From: an uncultured Spirochaetota bacterium
Lineage (GTDB): Bacteria > Spirochaetota > UBA4802 > UBA5550
DNA length: 64,000 nucleotides
Assembly: GCA_963827275.1 (NCBI GenBank)
Contig: CAWHAA010000001.1
Coordinates: 128,001 to 192,000, forward strand
Direction: 5' to 3'
A program made the translations under genes and the position numbers. This document shows positions 63,616-64,000 of this stretch, in pieces (position 1 is the first letter of the stretch; each line of letters starts with the position of its first letter). The notes below the pieces were generated by a model, which saw only the letters and a program-made list of their open reading frames with translations, was not told where the DNA came from and did not search any database.

Positions 63616-64000
63616 TCACGGGTGCCAGAAATCATTCACGGTCCAGGGGACCGCCGGGCTCCAGTAGTCCGACCCGAGGTTGTCCTTGAGCGAGGGGTTC
63701 GCCTGGTAGTAGAGCCGCACCCCGGTCTGGCCCATGTAATCCACGTCAGTGTACGATTCGGGGTCATTGCCCACCGCGTCCTTGCTGACGATCTTCAGAT
63801 GGACGTGCATCATGGCCACCACGTCCCCTTCCGGGGTCAGCATGGGGATGTCGCCCGTCTGCGGTCCCTGCCCGGTCCCCGAGGTGTTCACGATAACGCT
63901 CATGACGCCGTTCAGCGCGAAGCCGCTGTCGCCGACAAAGGGCTGGTCCCAATCGCCGTTGTTGTAAGTGGCGTAGGTCATCTGGTTCCGTACCGTGCTC
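63616..64000 (-). CDS. 3' part of a hypothetical protein running off the window
   Basis: Open frame with GC-rich third positions up to the window end. Confidence 0.6.
   Translation of the reverse strand, partial: STVRNQMTYATYNNGDWDQPFVGDSGFALNGVMSVIVNTSGTGQGPQTGDIPMLTPEGDVVAMMHVHLKIVSKDAVGNDPESYTDVDYMGQTGVRLYYQANPSLKDNLGSDYWSPAVPWTVNDFWHP

Overview
64 kb of bacterial chromosome, most likely an uncultured Leptospira-related spirochaete. This is an inference from the F-type ATP synthase, an Lsa36-like surface protein and a DUF1564-like gene. The backbone is housekeeping: a dnaC-like ATPase, folK, murB, cysS, rlmB, lepA, glgP, the atp operon, map, recA, a long-chain acyl-CoA ligase, leuA, alr and sahR-ahcY. 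It also carries a umuD/umuC/SRAP mutagenesis cassette, a CIRCE-controlled triple Hsp20 operon, a signalling gene run, a ~2.7 kb AT-rich island (MazEF-like pair, ankyrin protein, BRCT protein) and surface lipoproteins. Frameshifts cluster in essential genes (cysS, atpA/D/H/F/E) and in rlmB and leuA, and are best read as sequencing indels. The most striking unexplained signal is a repeat family with the palindromic core CCGATA-AC-TATCGG, often paired with TTRCTCTGRCMCC. It occurs 12 times: a 42-bp-phased five-unit array after lepA, a three-copy cluster plus an inverted copy bracketing alr, two solitary intergenic copies, and one copy inside a ribbon-helix-helix/DUF1564-like gene lying between umuD and umuC, where it encodes TDNY. 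Also read directly from the DNA: a complete Leu-rich leader-peptide attenuator for leuA, two sigma-28 promoters, and SahR and MarR operators. No CRISPR-cas, rRNA, tRNA or transposase gene was recognised.
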